Positions 60,712 to 64,000 of a stretch of 64,000 nucleotides of DNA are shown here, one piece after another. The notes under the pieces were generated by a model that had not been told where the DNA came from, did not search any database, and saw nothing but the letters and a program-made list of their open reading frames with translations. Source of the stretch: Candidatus Omnitrophota bacterium (lineage in GTDB: Bacteria; Omnitrophota; Gorgyraeia; Gorgyraeales; Gorgyraeaceae); contig JAUSEX010000037.1 of NCBI GenBank assembly GCA_030649895.1, positions 3,815 to 67,814 of the forward strand, in the 5' to 3' direction. Position numbers and translations under genes: made by a program. The first letter of the stretch is position 1. Every line of letters starts with the position of its first letter.

Positions 60712-61935
60712 ATGAAAACTAAAATTATTTGTGTAGTTTTTATGGCGTTGGTTGTGTTGGTGGCCGGCGCATTTGCTTTTTCTATCTTTTCTAAGATTGG
60801 CGAGCCATCCAGGGTTTATATAAAAACTATAGATGGAAAACGTTTTCAGCTAGTAGTCAAGAATCGTCCTTATGTTATTAAAGGTATGGTCTATAACCCT
60901 GTGCCCATAGGAGAGAATCATTTATATGATTTCTGGAGCGATTCGCGTAAGCCTCATATGGTGGATGGCAAGCTCATGAAAGATGCAGGCGTGAATACTA
61001 TAAGGGTTTATCAGCCGGGTAAATATGCGGAAAATACGAAAGAGACAATGAGGGATTTATACAATATATTCGGGATCAGGGTGGCAATGGGGCATTGGCT
61101 TGGATTCTGGGATAGTCCTAATTACGCAGACCCTGTTTTCATGGAACGGGTCAAGAAAGACGTCCTTGATATGGTGAGAACCTATAAGGATGAAAAGGGA
61201 ATATTGATGTGGATACTGGGCAACGAGAATAATATATCGTTCTCATACAGTCCGCAGAGCATGAATCTATGGACTACAGATGAGATAGAAAAATTAGATG
61301 ACCCGTTTTTGAAAAGGCAGGCGAGGGCAAAATTTTATTATTCTTTCGTAAACGAGATTGCCAGGGAAATACATAAGATAGACAAAAATCACCCCGTGGT
61401 TTTAGCCAACGCAGAGCTTACAGACATAGATGCTGCAACGGATGTTGCGTCTGATATAGATATACTCGGGTGTTCGATATATAGAGGAAAATCATTTGGA
61501 AGTTTTTTCAGGGAGGCTCAGAAAAAGCTTAATAAACCTGTGCTTATAACAGAGTTCGGGTGCGATAGATACGATGCATTTTTGGAAAAAGAAGATCAGT
61601 CTGTCCAGGCTGAATTCATAGAGGCGGAAGTAAAAGAGGTGAAAAAAAATCTTTTTAACGGGACCGGCGTGGGAAATTCAATAGGTTGTTTTGTGTTTGA
61701 ATGGACGGACGAATGGTGGAAAGCAGAGGAGAATGACGCTAGCAAATGGGGCATTCATGACACTACGGCCTGCTGGTCTAACGGCGCATATTATTGCGAT
61801 ATAAAAGCTTCTCAGAATATGAATATAAACGAAGAATGGTGGGGCGTATGTTCCCTGAAAAAAAATAAGGCTGGCCTTGACGAACGTGTGCCTACTCAGG
61901 CATACTTTAAGTTAAAGGAACTATGGAAAAAATAA
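60712..61935 (+). CDS. Secreted/anchored clan GH-A (GH2-TIM/GH158-like) glycoside hydrolase
   Basis: N-terminal hydrophobic helix; PYVIKGMVY, GVNTIRVY, WILGNEN, KPVLITEFG, FEWTDEWWK. Confidence 0.85.
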   Translation: MKTKIICVVFMALVVLVAGAFAFSIFSKIGEPSRVYIKTIDGKRFQLVVKNRPYVIKGMVYNPVPIGENHLYDFWSDSRKPHMVDGKLMKDAGVNTIRVYQPGKYAENTKETMRDLYNIFGIRVAMGHWLGFWDSPNYADPVFMERVKKDVLDMVRTYKDEKGILMWILGNENNISFSYSPQSMNLWTTDEIEKLDDPFLKRQARAKFYYSFVNEIAREIHKIDKNHPVVLANAELTDIDAATDVASDIDILGCSIYRGKSFGSFFREAQKKLNKPVLITEFGCDRYDAFLEKEDQSVQAEFIEAEVKEVKKNLFNGTGVGNSIGCFVFEWTDEWWKAEENDASKWGIHDTTACWSNGAYYCDIKASQNMNINEEWWGVCSLKKNKAGLDERVPTQAYFKLKELWKK

Positions 61936-61936
61936 G

Positions 61937-64000
61937 ATGATAAATCTAATCGCGGAAAGTAAAGAGTCAAAAGTAAAGAGTCAAAACCGAAAGGTAAAAT
62001 TTAAAACCTTTGGATTTCTGATCGCAGTTTTTACTTTTTCGTTTTTACTTTTTAATTTTTATTGCTATGCCCAGGAGCAGGATATCGCAGAGAGTTTCGG
62101 CCTGTACAGCAAAGGTATAGATTATTATCATAAAGGCAGATTATATGAAGCGCAGGAGATTCTCGAACAGTCCGTGAGGCTTGACCCTAGAAACTACGAG
62201 GCCCAGGGATATCTGGATCTGGTGAACGCAGAGATCAATATGCGCGGCAAAGGCAAGTTGGATATCTACCAGCAGGCAGATAAATTGACAAGGGAAATGG
62301 ATTTTGACAATAGGAAGCAATACGCGGAAATAGAAGAGTATAGGCAGTATGGAAATGATCCCCAGCCGCAAATAGAATCCTACGAAGATTCTGATAATCC
62401 GGAATACTATTCCGAAGAAGAGGTTGTTGAAAGCAGCCCTAATAATAAAGGCAAGATTAGCGGTGAGCTCAGGGTTTCTATGGGCGTTACTTCAGAGGAT
62501 TTTATATGGAAAGACGCCAATGGTGATAAGATTGGAGTGCCTTTTGAAAAAAATTGGAGATATCTGTGGGGTCAGGACAGGTACAATACATATGATAAAA
62601 AGATTTACGATAGTTTAAAAATTAATGTAGATACAATGAAGGAGTATGGTTTTAATTTTTACAGCCAGATTACAATAGACCCTTGGACATTCGTAGGCAC
62701 AGAAGACGTGAGGATTAATTCTACTTTAGGCGGGGATTACGCAGATATTAATTTAAAATACTGGTCAGGCACAAGAAGCACTATAAATGAGATCTACAGG
62801 ACTAACAAAGGAAATATTATAAATCTTAAGGAGATAAAGATCAAACATGGCCTTACAAGCCCTAATACCCCGACCGGCCTTACAGACTGGTCCACAAATT
62901 TTACATCTATTCCGACAGGCACAGAGATAGACTGGAAATATATGCCTGTAAGGAAACTATGGGTGGATTACGCCAACGAAGATAAGACATTTGATGGAAG
63001 GGTGTTTTTCATGGCTGACCAATATCAGGCGCTAACTTCCGATGATCCATTAAGGCTTTCCAATAACCATGTTTACTGGGAGGAAAGTCCCTGGCTGGAT
63101 GAGTATGAGCCAAGCAGGATATTTTATCCTGACAGCGGTCTCAGGCCTGTTAAGCAAGGAAGGTGGGTTCGCAGGCTTTCATTTTTTGCCAAGGATAGCG
63201 AACAGGACAGGCTTACTTTTTTAAGAGGGGTGTCGCTTAACGGAGATATTTTTTCCGGCTCTAATTATAAGATGACAGTCGCCACTCCTATGAACTTATG
63301 GGATGATTATGAAAATGTTACAAGCATTCCTGCCGCGTTCAGGACAAAGACAGAAATCACTCCGGAATTTACGCTCGGGTCTATCTATACTTTTAAAGGA
63401 GGCATGCGTTCCGACAGCCTGGAGGCAATGAATCAGGTTTTAGGCATTGACGCTGATTACAGCATCTCTCCTGAATGGGATATTGTGGCAGAGGCCGCGG
63501 GGTCAAAAACAGATGTGGACGAGGCAAATGGGATGGGAACTTCTTATGACGGGGCGGCGTATAGCGTAGGTATAAAAAGCGAAGCGTATAAAACAGCCTT
63601 AACTGCGAATTACATGGCCCAGGATTTCTACCCCGGGCTTTCCAATTACAGGTATACAAGGAAGGACCAGTTTTATTCCAGTCACATCAGATTTTCTAAA
63701 ATTCCAGATCAAGATGAGGCTATAAGCGTAGGGGACGGTATTGACAGAGGCAGGATAACGGCTAATTTTAAAACAGAGGGGGATTTTTTAGACGGGGATT
63801 TAAACGCAAAATTAAATCTCAGGGATGTGCATAAAGATAACGGCAAGAATGTGGAAACAGCAGGAAGAACTGAGGCCACGCTTAAAGTGACGCCGCAGAT
63901 GACGCTGAAGGCCCTGGGAGGATATCGAAAACTTCCAAAAACAATAGCAGGCTTGGACCCTCTGTTTTACGCTAAAAGCTCTTACGCGTTTACGGATTAT
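61937..64000 (+). CDS. Secreted TPR-containing, probable outer-membrane protein (3'-truncated, absent from the ORF track)
   Basis: Manual translation of the 5' part: MINLIAESKESKVKSQNRKVKFKTFGFLIAVFTFSFLLFNFYCYA|QEQ..., TPR-like GIDYYHKGRLYEAQEILEQSVRLDPRNYEA, then aromatic beta-strand-like sequence. The frame appears to run off the window end. Confidence 0.75.
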   Translation, partial: MINLIAESKESKVKSQNRKVKFKTFGFLIAVFTFSFLLFNFYCYAQEQDIAESFGLYSKGIDYYHKGRLYEAQEILEQSVRLDPRNYEAQGYLDLVNAEINMRGKGKLDIYQQADKLTREMDFDNRKQYAEIEEYRQYGNDPQPQIESYEDSDNPEYYSEEEVVESSPNNKGKISGELRVSMGVTSEDFIWKDANGDKIGVPFEKNWRYLWGQDRYNTYDKKIYDSLKINVDTMKEYGFNFYSQITIDPWTFVGTEDVRINSTLGGDYADINLKYWSGTRSTINEIYRTNKGNIINLKEIKIKHGLTSPNTPTGLTDWSTNFTSIPTGTEIDWKYMPVRKLWVDYANEDKTFDGRVFFMADQYQALTSDDPLRLSNNHVYWEESPWLDEYEPSRIFYPDSGLRPVKQGRWVRRLSFFAKDSEQDRLTFLRGVSLNGDIFSGSNYKMTVATPMNLWDDYENVTSIPAAFRTKTEITPEFTLGSIYTFKGGMRSDSLEAMNQVLGIDADYSISPEWDIVAEAAGSKTDVDEANGMGTSYDGAAYSVGIKSEAYKTALTANYMAQDFYPGLSNYRYTRKDQFYSSHIRFSKIPDQDEAISVGDGIDRGRITANFKTEGDFLDGDLNAKLNLRDVHKDNGKNVETAGRTEATLKVTPQMTLKALGGYRKLPKTIAGLDPLFYAKSSYAFTDY

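Overview
AT-rich bacterial window in three parts. (1) 1-31868 is the 3' part of a giant gene (>10,600 aa; the frame is already open at base 3). It reads as a polyprotein: hydrophobic N-region, SecA-like ATPase, kinase-like fold, C39-like peptidase, clan GH-A hydrolase, a membrane block colinear with eukaryotic FKS/callose (GT48) beta-1,3-glucan synthases, a UDP-sugar pyrophosphorylase+ACT module, M50-like peptidase, MidA-type methyltransferase, GH5-like hydrolase, CheD-like and UPF0489-like domains. (2) 31.9-46.4 kb holds five co-oriented 'cargo' genes. They share an N-terminal hydrophobic+LRxP leader and a short C-terminal ...[AQS][IL]-stop tail but carry unrelated enzyme domains, and one is a stand-alone paralog of a ~1,150-aa segment of the giant protein. 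A RAYT-type HUH transposase, a decayed second RAYT end and a ~25-bp GGGAC...GGGAC repeat occupy the cassette junctions, which suggests a RAYT/REP-linked system for shuffling exported enzyme modules. (3) 46.6-64 kb is more ordinary: GGQ release-factor homolog, CstA, tRNA-Leu(GAG), FIST/histidine kinase/REC-GGDEF operon, tRNA-Glu(CTC), PilZ, and a sugar ABC transporter with GH-A hydrolases, a CBM-like lipoprotein and a truncated TPR/putative outer-membrane gene. The architecture resembles Omnitrophota (OP3) giant-gene loci, which is an inference. All domain calls come from reading motifs by eye; no database searches were run.
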